Source of the DNA: Squatina squatina
Lineage: Eukaryota
Direction of reading: 5' to 3'
DNA: 40,432 bases
Assembly: GCA_031763465.1 (NCBI GenBank)
Contig: JARFOE010000001.1
Coordinates: 1,013,558 to 1,053,989, forward strand
How positions within the stretch are numbered: position 1 is the first letter of the stretch; each line of letters begins with the position of its first letter. The translations under genes and the position numbers were made by a program. The notes below the pieces were generated by a model. That model had not been told where the DNA came from and did no database searches. It was given only the letters and a program-made list of their open reading frames with translations. This document shows positions 11,846 to 23,737 of this stretch, piece by piece.

Positions 11846-12709
11846 ATTCTCCTTTTTAGCACCTTGCAGAGATACAGTTATGTGATTTAGTAGAACAGTT
11901 TTTGGTCCAGACTGCACATCGATGGTTACCAGCAAGCAACAGGTTTAACAAGAGCCTGAAATAATTTTAAGGAACTGTTCAACAAATTGATAACGTCTTC
12001 TCATGCTGACAATGGCACTCCTTATCGGTCAATGGTGACTTAGTGATTTATACGAGAAAGTATCAGCTCTCAGTGACCTTTGCCTGCTAAGCCATTGAAA
12101 TGAGTACAACTATAAATTCTCAAGTGTTACATTGCAGGTTGCTGAGTCTGTTGACCTATCTCGGTGTTGTGTCAAGATAACATTTAGAATTCGTTCAGGA
12201 AAATTTCATGGTGCATCAGTTGGCAATGGCCATGATTCATTGCTCATTTATAATAAAACTGACTAACCACTTAAAGATACCTTGCACTGTCACATGAAAC
12301 GGGTTTATAGGTTTGTCCTGTACTCTATTTTGCCGATTATCTCGCAGTTATTCTGCCATATCTATGGGTCTGTATCTTTTCTCGTTAGGAGGCTGAGATG
12401 AAGCAGTCAGAAGGCAAGCCTAGAGAAAGTCTCAATGTTGTTCTTGGGTTGACTCAATAGACTTAATGCAGAAGGTAAACCTTGTATGATTGCCATGCCT
12501 GGAATTGTAAAATGTGGAACCCTAGTCACAGAGAGAAATTGAGCTTATTCTCAACAACAAAAAATGCTACATTGAGATAACATTTTCACAAAAACAATAC
12601 TCTGCCCACAACTCCGTTCAACCTGATTTTCTTTTGGACAAATTCAAATTTGAACTTTGCAATTTCTAACTGAGCCTGCATTACTTATTCTTGCAACAGT
12701 AAAGGTGGT

Positions 12710-13065
12710 GGTCTTGGCTCAGTGGGTGGCACTCTCACCTCTGAGTCAGAAGGTTGTGGATTCATAGTCCCATTCCATAGACTTGAGCACAAAAATCTAG
12801 GCTGACATTCCAGTGCAGTACTGAGGGAGTTCTGTACTGTCTTTCAGATGAGACGTTTAACCGCAGCCCCGTCTGCCCTCTCGGGTGGACGTAAAAGATC
12901 CCCTGGCACTGTTTGAAGAAGAGTAGGGGAGTTTTTCTGGTGTTCTGGCCAATAACAGTAAAACTGATTATTTGGTCATTATTTCATTGCTGTTTGTAGG
13001 AGCTTGCTGAGTGCAAATTGGCTGCTGTGTTTCCTAAATTACAACAGTGACAGCACTTCAAAAGT
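12710..13065 (+). mobile_element. DeuSINE, interrupted at its 3' end by a CR1 tail
   Basis: A-box TGGCTCAGTGG, Deu domain (gtctttcagatgagacgtttaaccg...gtaaaagatcccctggcact), collinear with 38398-38849 up to cacttcaaaagt. Confidence 0.85.
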
Positions 13066-13068
13066 TGT

Positions 13069-13144
13069 TAGAAACATAGAAAATAGGAGCAGGAGTAGGC
13101 CATTCGGCCCTTCGAGCCTGCTCCACCATTCAATATGATCATGG
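13069..13144 (-). mobile_element. Young CR1 3' tail running into a gap
   Basis: Reverse complement ccatgatcatattgaatggtggagcaggctcgaagggccgaatggcctactcctgctcctattttctatgtttcta, nearly identical to 38225-38298. Confidence 0.88.
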
Positions 13145-14049
13145 NNNNNNNNNNNNNNNNNNNNNNNNNNNNNNNNNNNNNNNNNNNNNNNNNNNNNNNN
13201 NNNNNNNNNNNNNNNNNNNNNNNNNNNNNNNNNNNNNNNNNNNNGTGTCGGATTGTCTAATTTCCTTATTGATACCATACATTACCATGCACCCATCACT
13301 TTTTTTGAATCAGTATTTAAGGTGAATCCAAAAGTAGGTGCAGCAGCAGATCTACAGAAATAAATCTGGGGCTAGTCTTCTATATTTGATGGTTATCAGC
13401 ACATGGAATTTATGGCAAATGAATATGCTGAATGTTCATAGCCGGATAAATGATGAAAGGGCTGAAAGTCATTGAAGGGTAGAAAAGCATTCAAGGAGCT
13501 TAGCCCTCTGGGCTCTTCCTGCCATGAAATTTCCAATGATTGATGGGACAGTCAGCCCTCCTTAATGTTTAGAAATGAAAAGCAGGCTGCCCGAGTGTTT
13601 CTTTTTAAGACTTTGTTAAAGTTTAACTGCAGCTGACGTGCCTCACTCGCACTTCATGCGTAGCTCTCTGAAGGGGAGCCCTGCCTGTGACTGTTACCTC
13701 ACACCTGCGGAGCACCATTGCACATATTATACTGGAGCCCTATGGAAGGCTAGACCAGCCGGAAGGCAGACTTGGACTTTCACTAGAGGAAAGCGGCTTA
13801 CTCAGTGGATCAATGCAATTTTCTGCTTCTGCTGCTTCAAGCCCCTAAGCTTGTCCTGGGCCAGATATAGAGTATTCACAAGCAGATGAAACTCAAACCT
13901 GTCTAGTACGTCTGGCGTTTTAATGCCATCTGTCACTTCATCAATTCAAACAGTTTCTACCTAGGTAACGTTTCTGACAGCATTTTGCCCCACTTCAAAA
14001 GATGTTGCAAGGTTAGAATTTCTACCATTTCTTTGAAAGACATGACTTG

Positions 14050-14827
14050 TGAAATTCCTAGACCAAAATTTGCAGCTTGCCTGTATTCCACCAGACCAAT
14101 TTCCTCTTACTTGTGCCCCAGATTTTTTTTTCTTTCTCCACTTCACTACCCACCCATATCTGTGGCTCTTCTGATGCTTTGACGATTTCAATTGGGGCCC
14201 TCCAGCCCCAATTGTCTCCATTTTACCATGAACACCATGTCTGTATAGTCCCTCTACACCATCACCGTACAGTCCCTCTACACCATGGGCATACAGTCCC
14301 TCTACACCATCACCGTACAGTCCCTCTACACCATGGGCGCACGGTCCCTCTATACCATGGGTGCACGGGGTCTCTACACCATAGACACACATTCCCTCTA
14401 CTGCATGGGCATAGAATCTCTCTACAAGCTGGGACACATTCTTTCTAAACTTTGCCATAGATTCCCGCTACACACAGTACTTGTATATCTCCTTCCCTCA
14501 CCAGGATTGTCTCCGGGCCCTCACCCTTTCCTTCAACCGTAGTGCAAACAGACCCCGTTCATTGTCACCATCATCCTTTGCCACCGAGCTGAACATGCTC
14601 TCACCTTGATTAAGAAGAACCTCCCTTTCACTTCTTCCTGATAAAAGTTGTTGCCATGGGAACCTGCATGGATCTCTACTCTACCCGTCTGTTTGTGGCA
14701 AACTTTTTGTTCCAATTATACGTGGGCCTACCCCTGACCTCTTCATCTTTTACATCGATGACTGGGTTGGTTCTGATTCCAGCTCCTCTCTGATTTTGAG
14801 AATTTTGTTTGCCTCCTCATCCAATTT
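14050..14827 (+). mobile_element. Penelope-like element reverse-transcriptase relic
   Basis: Ordered, frameshifted peptides PRPKFAACLYSTRPISSYL, SLPTHICGSSDAL, FTMN..SLY, LYISFPHQDCLRAL, KVVAMGTCMDLYSTRLFV and FYIDDW match PLE RT motifs RPIVS.C.CPTE.IS.YLD, SLPTYI.D..DAL, FTMDV.SLYT.IPH, G.AMGT.MGP.YA.LF and RYIDD. Confidence 0.82.
14234..14425 (+). repeat. Minisatellite, 8 x 24-bp unit ACCATGGGCRTACAGTCCCTCTAC, inside the Penelope RT
   Basis: In-frame units read TMSV*SLY TITVQSLY TMGIQSLY TITVQSLY TMGARSLY TMGARGLY TIDTHSLY CMGIESLY. Confidence 0.93.
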
Positions 14828-16238
14828 NNNNNNNNNNNNNNNNNNNNNNNNNNNNNNNNNNNNNNNNNNNNNNNNNNNNNNNNNNNNNNNNNNNNNNNNN
14901 NNNNNNNNNNNNNNNNNNNNNNNNNNNGGAACTTGGAGGTGGTGGTGCTCCCATACATCTGCTGCCATAAATTTGATTCAAATACTCGCCTCTGCAGTTG
15001 AGGACAGAATATCCCCACTGAGGCCAATGCCTTTCCTGGCACGTTGTACGGTGTATATATATATTCTCAACTAGTAAAGCCCATGTCTATATTTGACAAC
15101 GGATGAGCTTACATATAGTATATAGTCCAGATGGGACAATTCTAAGCTTATTGTTGGACTAAAAAGATCTGGCAGCGGTTGTAATCATCCAATTGTATGT
15201 AGTGATACCAATGACTGTGTTGTGTGATGGTAAAATCCTGTCGGAAATGGCAGGCGCCACATTGTGAAGAAATTAGTCAGCAGGATCTCTTAGAGACCAA
15301 GCAGATCTGGACAAACACTGTCCTTTCATTGCACTCACATCCTCCTGTAAACAGTTTTAGTATGAACACCTTTGCAAAATTCACAAGCTGTCGCCACACA
15401 AACCGGCTGCGATTTAATTTTGTCTCTTATCAGGAGGTCCCTGGGCTCCACTGGGATGTAATAAGAAGTGGCTGCACTCCAAGGCATTTTTGGGGCGTGA
15501 GGTCTCGTGATCCGTTATATCCTGTTCATTTCTTTTAAGAGCATGCTCTGCTTTTTTTTTAAATACTGACAGGTTTATCTGCAGTGTCAAGCATGAACAG
15601 TGGGCTTTTGAGTGTCCGGTGAAGCAGTCATGTTCACAGTGACGCTCCCGACACAACAGAGTGAGCACAGACACAGACGCTGGCCTACCCACATGGTTCC
15701 TGCTCTCTCTAGCCACCATTGATTTCCCCATGAAGGGATATGGCAGGATGTGTTATTAAACAAGTATCAGCCTTCTAGTAATTATGTAACGCAACAATGG
15801 CAATATCAAGTTTGCCAGACAGTTGGGCGATAGGAGTTGTGACTTGGCCTTAAACTGAGGTTGATGTTTAACAAATTATACAACTACACTGTAGTTTTTT
15901 GTATCGGTTTTGGGTCTGGCAGTAGAGTAAATGGAGGGTTTATTCCAGTGCAATTTTTTTTTTAACCTCTCCATTCGGGACCCAGTGCTTGCCCAGAATG
16001 GAAAAGAGGATCTTTACACTTGGTTACAGTCTCTTTTTTGCAGCTTAATGCAATGGAGTTTCTCCAACACCAGTTACAGGGAAATACAACTGTTAAAAGT
16101 TTTGTCTGGGGATATACAGTAATAATGTGCAAATCCCANNNNNNNNNNNNNNNNNNNNNNNNNNNNNNNNNNNNNNNNNNNNNNNNNNNNNNNNNNNNNN
16201 NNNNNNNNNNNNNNNNNNNNNNNNNNNNNNNNNNNNNN

Positions 16239-16886
16239 GCAGCAGTTATGACTGAACACTTGATCTAGAATGAGCTCATCAAAAAAAAGTAGTCATGGAT
16301 TTGTGAAGGGTAGGTCATATCTGCCTAATCTAGTTGAATTTTTTGAGAACGTCACCAGCTTGGTGGATAGAGGTTTGTCTATGGATGTTGTCGATATAAA
16401 CTTCCAGAAGGCATATGATGAGATTTGGCACAAGAGATTATTATTAAAAGTGAAAGCACACAGTATTGAAGGTAATGTGACATGGGTTGGTAATTGGTTT
16501 TTGAGTCAGAGCAGAGATAAAGGGTTCAATCTCTGATTGGCAGGGTGTGACAAGTGGTGTTCCCCTGGGATCTGTTTTGGGGCCTCCACTTTTTACCATA
16601 TTTATTAATGACTTGAATGTGGTGGTGTATCCAAGTTTGCAGATGGCGGTAAGTTAGAGGCAGTAAGAAGTGCAGATGGGAGCAGGAAGCTGCAATGGAA
16701 CATAGACGGATTGAGTGAATGGGCAAAACTATGGCAAGTGGAGTTCAACATGGGCAAGTGCGAGGTCTTCCAATATGGAACAGACAAATGAGTATTGGAG
16801 TTGAGGTACAGATCAGCTATGACCTAATTAAATGGCGGAGCAGTTTTGAAGGGCTGAATGGCCTGCTCCTGTTCCTTATGTTCCTG
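16239..16886 (+). mobile_element. CR1 LINE ORF2 relic with internal deletions and 3' tail
   Basis: SHGFVKGRSYLPNLVEFFENVT...[44 protein letters not shown], then tail gggctgaatggcctgctcctgttccttatgttcc. Confidence 0.92.
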
Positions 16887-18029
16887 TTTTGCTCTATTTG
16901 GAAACTATGGGATAAGAATTGCAAATTTTCTTGCATCTTGTCTGGGTCTGTTGTAGACTAATTGATTGCTATGATTAGTCAACAACTCCATTACTGTTGT
17001 ATCGAGTGACTGCCAGGATGGTAGAAGGTGAGAGTGAGAGACCTTGGTCTTTTATTTTTGTCTAGCAGTTCCTACGTTCTTAATTAAAATGAGATGATGA
17101 ATATTCATTTGATGGTAAAACCGTCACCTAAATGACTGAGTGGAGGGCCAGTTTCCTGACTTCAGTTTTGGAATGCAGGGAATACGTTGACCAGTGATCT
17201 GAGGCACAAGAAAAGTAAAATTTGCAGTGCAGATGAGGATCAAAAAGGATGTTCAAAAATAAAGAAAGAGTAAAACATAAATTAATCTCACTTCTACACG
17301 TTAAAAATGTAACTTGAGTTGTATGGGTGAGATTGAGGAATTGTATTGTCGCAGCACTGGCTGTTTGACTTATTAAGCATTCTGTTATTTGATCTACAAC
17401 AGATAACCAATGTCCGAAATCCTTTCTTATAAAGACTTTCCCTTTCTTTGCAGTGATTTATTGGGCAGGTGGTCAATCTCTCTTTAAAAAAATATCATGC
17501 AGGAAAGGGTGATTGAGCAAGATTGAAACCAACAAATTGAACTGTGACTAAAGCAAGTCCATTGACAGAAAATAGCCGCATTGAGGGATCAGGAGACTGG
17601 AGCTGGAGCAAAACGGAACGTGACTACTAAAGCAAGATGGTAAACAACAGAGCTTGACAGGAAATGAAAGTGGAAGAAAGAAAACAGAGTGAAGAAGTAG
17701 CTGAGTGACCAGGAATCAGGACTCTTGTTTGTGTTGCCCTTTCAGGCTCTCCCAGCCACAGAGATTTTAACGTACCCTCAAAAACCTGGAAACCTTGTTC
17801 AAAAGTTGCACTGCCTGTGACCACCATCTCTGCTGCTGGCCCAGGTCAGTCCTCTGGTGGATGGAAGCTCTTCATCTTCAGAAACTCTGCCCCTGGCCCA
17901 GAAAAATATTTGATCAGTCTAAATTAACAGTGGAAAAAAAATCGTTTTATTTAATTAGCACAGTTGCAATGTTTTTGCGTTTCTTTATTAATAACGTGTT
18001 ATAAATACTTGTACTTTTACAATGTCTTA

Positions 18030-18183
18030 TCATGTTAAAATGTTTCAAAGAGCTTCACAGAATGCATTTTTCTTTGAGTCGCAGTGACTGTTGTGTAGTT
18101 AAACACAGCAAGCATTCTGTGCAACAGTGTCCCAGAAGCAGCAATGAGATTTTTATGTATTGGATGCTGGTGGATCTGGAAAT
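18030..18183 (-). mobile_element. Decayed DeuSINE 3' portion
   Basis: tcccagaagcagcaatgagat and gcagtgactgttgt are reverse complements of DeuSINE 3' motifs seen in the other copies. Confidence 0.5.
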
Positions 18184-18324
18184 NNNNNNNNNNNNNNNNN
18201 NNNNNNNNNNNNNNNNNNNNNNNNNNNNNNNNNNNNNNNNNNNNNNNNNNNNNNNNNNNNNNNNNNNNNNNNNNNNNNNNNNNTGAGTGTATAGATATTG
18301 GCCTTTAGAACAATTAGAAATATC

Positions 18325-18617
18325 TGGCGTCCGTGCTGAGTTAACCAATTTCAGCTGGGGCAGCGGTTTGTACGACTGGCTTTAGCAGTCTTGTGCTAGG
18401 GAAGTGGAAAATCAGCTGGGATCCCCATTCCTGATCGCTGCTATGGTGACCACTGCTGGAAGTGCAAACAGGTGTGGATGTGGGGCGAGGTCAGGATCTG
18501 GCTCGCTTGCGATGTCCTTCTACACAGCACAACAGTCCCCTTACATTCACTGTCTAGGCTCCCAGATGAAAAATGACGACTTGCATGAGATACCAGAGGG
18601 CTTTTGGCATCCATGAA
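18325..18617 (+). mobile_element. AmnSINE2-like SINE body
   Basis: gtccgtgctgagttaacc...gctagggaagtggaaaatcagc...cctgatcgct...ctgctggaagtgc...cactgtctaggctc...ataccagaggg; homologous copies at 1-336, 9690-10070, 30695-30960, 39215-39380. Confidence 0.62.
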
Positions 18618-20384
18618 AATAAATCCCCCTCAAAAAAAGGCCAAGGAGGACAGAAAATTAGATCATTACAAAATTGTTAAGTGGCAATTCTGTAGGATAC
18701 ATTTCCCCTTTAATTTCACTGAAATCCAGTTGTTGTAAAACACCGATCGTTCGATTTTTATGAACTTCACTTTGTAGGGACGGAGATATGTGAAGGTTTG
18801 AATCGAGGAGTCTCCCAACCAGCAGGGTGGTTTTGGATTTTGGCCTCATTTGGGCTCAAAACCTCCTCTGGGCAAGTTTTGGTGTCTAGCCACCAGTTAC
18901 AGCAACATTCTGTGGTTCTTGGGAGGGGCGCGTTGGAGGGAAAGAAAAGGAGTGCAAAAAAAAGCATTGGGACTTGGCCCAGCAAAACCGGGTGGGACCA
19001 AGTGATCATAACCCGACCCCAAGTACAAACAGCAAGTCATAGCCAGGAGGAAGAGATGGCTCTTATTTCCTTTTAAAGAAGACATCTAGGCCAGGGTAAT
19101 TCACAGAAAAAAAAAATCGTGTGAAGAATTTTTACAATTTTTTTAAAAAATTTGAAACATGAGCCTTTATTGGGCCTCTTCAAATGTCAGACCCCTGCCC
19201 TCCTTACCACATCCTGCTGCAGATCCTGCAAAAAGAAGAAAAGAAAAAGCCCACCCTGCCTGCACAAGAAGGGGCCTGAAGCCAGGAAGGCAAAGCGCAA
19301 GAAGGAACTGGAACTGGAACGGGGAGGGGGGTGGTTGTCGAAGGCCAACAGCTACAGGCAGACGGTGCCAAGACCTAGTCTCCGCACTTCACTGGCCGGC
19401 TACATTTTGTTCTAGTCACGTGATGTGTGAGAGGCTAGTTGCAAGGCTCCCAGTCTGGCAGACGGCCTAGAGAGCAATAAAGGCTTTTCATGGCTGAGTT
19501 AACCCTTCGGTAACTTCCTTCATACTGCTTTCTTTTACGTTCAATGAACACCAGTGAAAAAAAGTCAGTGCTTTAGATGGTCGAAAAAGACTGAATTCAC
19601 GGCAAGCACAGCGGCACAATTTTTTAAATATTTAAAACTACTTTTCAATGGCTATATCTTGCAGAGGATACTCAATATTTTTAAGCATTCTTCCAGTGCA
19701 TCCTTCAGTGTCCCAGAGTCGGTCTAGAAAGGGGGAGGTGGAGACAGCCCAGTCTGCATATATTTAAAAACGGAAGCCTTAGCAAAGGGGCCGAACTCAA
19801 AATGCCTAATGCAAGAGCAAACAAGCATTTGAGAGACTATTCTCTCCTCTCCACAAGTACAGCACAAATTAACTATTGCCAAGGTTCGTAATGATTGTGA
19901 GAGTTAAACTCTTGATTTCCCCCTCCCCCCCACTCCAGCCTCAACCTCCGCGGAACTAAACAGATTCAAATGTTTTGTCAGGGCACCTTCCCGTTACCTG
20001 CTAATGTACAATTCACACATCACACCTTCCTTTTCAAACTGGCCACTTACAATGAGAGCTGAGTTGCATATCGCACGTCTACTCTACCGCTTAGATTAAT
20101 TAAATCTAACAATGGGCATCCCAGAAATGTATTGATGCATTAGAATTTTACAGAAATTGCTTTTATAGCCTATTTTAAATGCTCAGAAATCCATGTAATC
20201 GAGTGAAATTGATTTTGTTCAGGAAGCAGTTGACAGTGGAATGATGTGTTTCAATGATAATAACTCCTGTGCAGATGTTTTGACCTGCTAGGTAATACCA
20301 ATTTGATTTGATTTTTGACAGCAATATTTTAATTCCCTAAATAGACAAACCAAGACTGGAGGGTTTTAGATTGCTGAGTCATTG

Positions 20385-21149
20385 AGACCATTTCTGGGGA
20401 AGGTGGGCCCTGTACAAGCTGGGCGGGTTACAGTCCAGCAGGACTGGGACCAATATCCTCTCAGGGGTATTTGTTAGCATTGTTTAAACTAACTTGGCAG
20501 GGGGATAGGAAGCTGAGATGGGATTCAGAAGGGAGAGAAACAAAGCTGAAAGTTTAAGGCAGAAAAGTAGTAAACAAAATTGGAAGGCAGCGGAAACAAA
20601 GGCGAGTAGCAAATAGAGTAAAGTATGAAAAAGTTTTAAATTGACAAATTTAAAGGCACTTTATCTGAATGCACAAAGCATTTGCAATAAGGTAGCTGAA
20701 TTAATGGCACAAATAGATGTGAATGGGTACGATATAATTGTGATTACGGAGATATGGTTGCAGGGTGACCAAGGCGGGGAACTGAATATTCAAGGTTATT
20801 CGACAATTAGAAAGGACAGGCAAAAAGGAATGGAAGTGGGGTAATGCTGTTAATAAAGGGTGAGATCAATATAATAGTGAGAAGGGATCTTGGCTTAGAA
20901 GATCAAGATGTAGAATCAGTTTGGCTGGAGCTAAGAAACAGCAACGGGCAGAAAACATTGGTCGGAGTTGTTTATAGGCCACCAAACAGTAGGGGTAATG
21001 CAGGGCACGGTGTAAATCAGGAAATTTGATGTGCATGTAACAAGGATAACACAGTTATCATGGGGGACTTTAATCCACAAATAGACTGGGCAAACCAAAT
21101 TAGCACGAATAGTGTAGAGGACGAATTCCTGAAATTCATACAAGGTAGT
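20385..21149 (+). mobile_element. CR1 LINE: end of ORF1 (SGNH esterase-like) and start of ORF2 (APE endonuclease)
   Basis: DHFWGRWALYKLGGLQSSRTGTNILSG (cf. FWGR.DLYK.DGLHL...GTNIL), then LYLNAQSICNK..IIVITEIWL..GYSTIRKDR, ESVWLEL..VGVVYRPPNS and VIMGDFN. Confidence 0.9.
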
Positions 21150-21852
21150 NNNNNNNNNNNNNNNNNNNNNNNNNNNNNNNNNNNNNNNNNNNNNNNNNNN
21201 NNNNNNNNNNNNNNNNNNNNNNNNNNNNNNNNNNNNNNNNNNNNNNNNNCATAACTCAAGTTACAGAATGTGCACATCCAATCATAGTGGGCGCTCAAAG
21301 AGATAATAAATTAGTTCTCGCACCCCCTGGGGAAAAAAGACAACATGACATGATTGCTAAAGGATGTTGCTGGAATATTTATTCCCATCTTACTGTAGAT
21401 ATTTGGTCTGGTTGGTGTAATGAGTTTGCATGCAGCTGGGAGTGTATAATAGGCTGTCAGTTCTGATTATCAGGCTTCTATGGGCTAACGACATTGCAGA
21501 ACTGTGCACTGAAGTAGTTTTTTTTAATACAGGGCTCTCAGTAAAGTGTTGGATATTATTGAACTGGCTGATGCATTTCAGACAGTTCAGGACTGCATTA
21601 ACCAAACAATGCGTTACCCTTTTTTATGCCAACAAAACAATCCTTTCCTATTGTTGCAGAAGCTACTTCCTTCTTTCCTGATGTCTCCTCCTTCTGCCTT
21701 GCCTTCTGCTCCAATCGACAATGAGTTCAGTGAGCTTTCCTAACTTCATCTGAAGACTTCAGTGTTGCCCTGAGAGTTTTTGCAAAGATATCAAACATAT
21801 TTTCATATTTCTTATTCTAACCAAATAATTGGTTCCTTAGGTGAATCTAGTT

Positions 21853-22075
21853 GTCAACCATGGCTCAGTGATAGCACTCTCTCACCTCAGAGTCACGCCA
21901 GAGACTTGATCACATAATCTCGGCAGGCACTTCTGTGAAGTAATGAGGGAATGCTGCACTGTCGGAGGTGCCACCTTTCAAATGAGACATTAAACCGAAG
22001 CCCTGCCTGCACTTTCGGGTGGATGTAAAATACTCTATGAAAGTTGCTATACAAGTGCAAATCTTCCTTTCCTTT
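21853..22075 (+). mobile_element. DeuSINE with internal deletion
   Basis: Head catggctcagtgatagcactctc, Deu 5' part gtcggaggtgccacctttcaaatgagacattaaaccg, joined directly to tail gctatacaagtgcaaatcttccttt. Confidence 0.75.
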
Positions 22076-22089
22076 TTCTTTCGTTCCAC

Positions 22090-22297
22090 CTTGCACATCT
22101 AAGGATGTCTCAGAAAGCTTCACAATCACTTTTGAACTATGTAGGTGAACATGGCAGACAGTCTACACACAGCAAGGTCCCAGAACAGGAATGAAATGAA
22201 ACACCAGTTAATCTGTTTTCGGTTGAAGGAGAAATGTTGGCCAGACACTGCGAGAATACGCTGCTCTTCTCCAAATACTTTTGCGTCCACTTGAGCA
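22090..22297 (-). mobile_element. DeuSINE 3' half
   Basis: acagcaaggtcccagaacagga...ggttgaaggagaaatgttggccagacac...ctgctcttc is the reverse complement of the DeuSINE 3' half. Confidence 0.7.
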
Positions 22298-23661
22298 NNN
22301 NNNNNNNNNNNNNNNNNNNNNNNNNNNNNNNNNNNNNNNNNNNNNNNNNNNNNNNNNNNNNNNNNNNNNNNNNNNNNNNNNNNNNNNNNNNNNNNNNATA
22401 AATTCAATCCTGCAAATCCAACATGAACAAGATCTACCATAGGTAGGAATAGTCCTAACTACATAACATTTGTCCTTAAACTTAATGCAGTCGCTGACTA
22501 AGCACTGTGTTGTTTTATGTGGAAAGTCAGATTTAGTATAATTACTATATACAATTACTGCATTCCAGTGAATCTCCGACTGCAACCTGGCTGGTGCAAA
22601 AAGGCTTCTCTTGCAGCTTGTATTATAAACAGCAATAACCTGAAGGACTAACAACTAAACTGCAATGGTGTAAGACACTGTAGATGCAGAGCTGGAAATG
22701 TGTTTAGGTTATTCAGCTCAGCAATATAGTTGTGGCCCTTAAAAGTCTTCAGTTTCCTTGTAATGGATCTTTGTTAAGACTCTAACGCTGGCATTACTTG
22801 AAGCTGTTCTGGCATTCCAAGACACAGCAATCCATCCCAATAAAATCCCATTATCCCGGTCCCTGCAGCGGAATGCTGTGTGGATGCTTTGCTTCAGTAT
22901 TTCAGATCTCTAACACATGCCGTGGATTTACTGCTGCCTGTCTTAGATGACGTCTAACGCTGCTCCATTCATACAAATCTCTGGCAATCAGCTACCTTTT
23001 ATGACTGGGATATGCCGTCTGCAACGAGTATGGCACATTCATAAAGTCGGAGGGATTTTTGATTTCCCCCTGTTCAAATGAATGAACATTTTTTTAACGT
23101 GTCCCTGCCACTTTCGCGGTCACAAGTTGAGAACTCCTTGTTTGATTGCCAACAATTGCAGAATTCCAACGCCAGTGGGATTTCTAAATTACTACAAGCA
23201 TGGAAGAGCTTGCCAGGTGGCAGTCAAGTTTATAAATCATTTGATGCAATTATTTAGCTTCATTTTGGCTCGAACCTGGGTAACAATGTGAGTCTCCAGT
23301 CAGTTCTGCACACATCTTCTGCAAAATCCATCCAGCTACTCAGACACACAGCCCCAGTTCAGTACTTCCAGAAGTGATCTATTTGATGTCATTGAATCAG
23401 AATCTGCTGGAAGGCTGCAGAAAATGACAGACAACAGCAGGTAACATTGAACCAAAATGGGTTATTCTGTTATGAACGTAATGATTGTAAAATGCACTGT
23501 GATTGCGAAAAATTTTTTATTGAGCCAAATAGTTTGTGACAGGTCTGATTTTAGGAGCTCTTTTTTTTGTGCCTTGTTTGAGCTGAGCTGCTTCGGTGCT
23601 GGGGACGATCGTTATTTGCATGCACAGGACCTGAAACGTTTCTGCTGCAAGCTCTTTATTT

Positions 23662-23737
23662 TTGGATAGGTTGAGCGAGTGGGCAAATGCATGGCAGATG
23701 CAGTATAATGTGGATAAATGTGAGGTTATCCACTTTG
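23662..23737 (+). mobile_element. CR1 ORF2 fragment at gap edge
   Basis: DRLSEWANAWQMQYNVDKCEVIHF. Confidence 0.85.

Noticed and set aside
12389-12480. Exon-like segment with acceptor and GTAAAC donor
   Set aside because: Stop codons in all three frames.
15224-15538. ORF containing PPVNS, as in WRN RNPPVNS
   Set aside because: No other similarity and no donor site after it.
17294-17476. Minus-strand CCDN resembling WRN CCDNC
   Set aside because: Wrong strand, last Cys missing, no surrounding similarity.
19325-19380. GVVVEGQ resembling the GGF motif AVVIEGK
   Set aside because: Flanked by nearby stops, with no signal peptide or other kringle-like motifs.
19420-19470. ERLVARLPVW resembling the WRN C-terminal ERKRRLPVW motif
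   Set aside because: Only five residues match, a stop follows three codons later, the basic residues and terminal GGLFS-like end are absent, and no fitting acceptor was seen.
19499-19507. TTAACCCTT as a piggyBac end
   Set aside because: No matching opposite terminus nearby.
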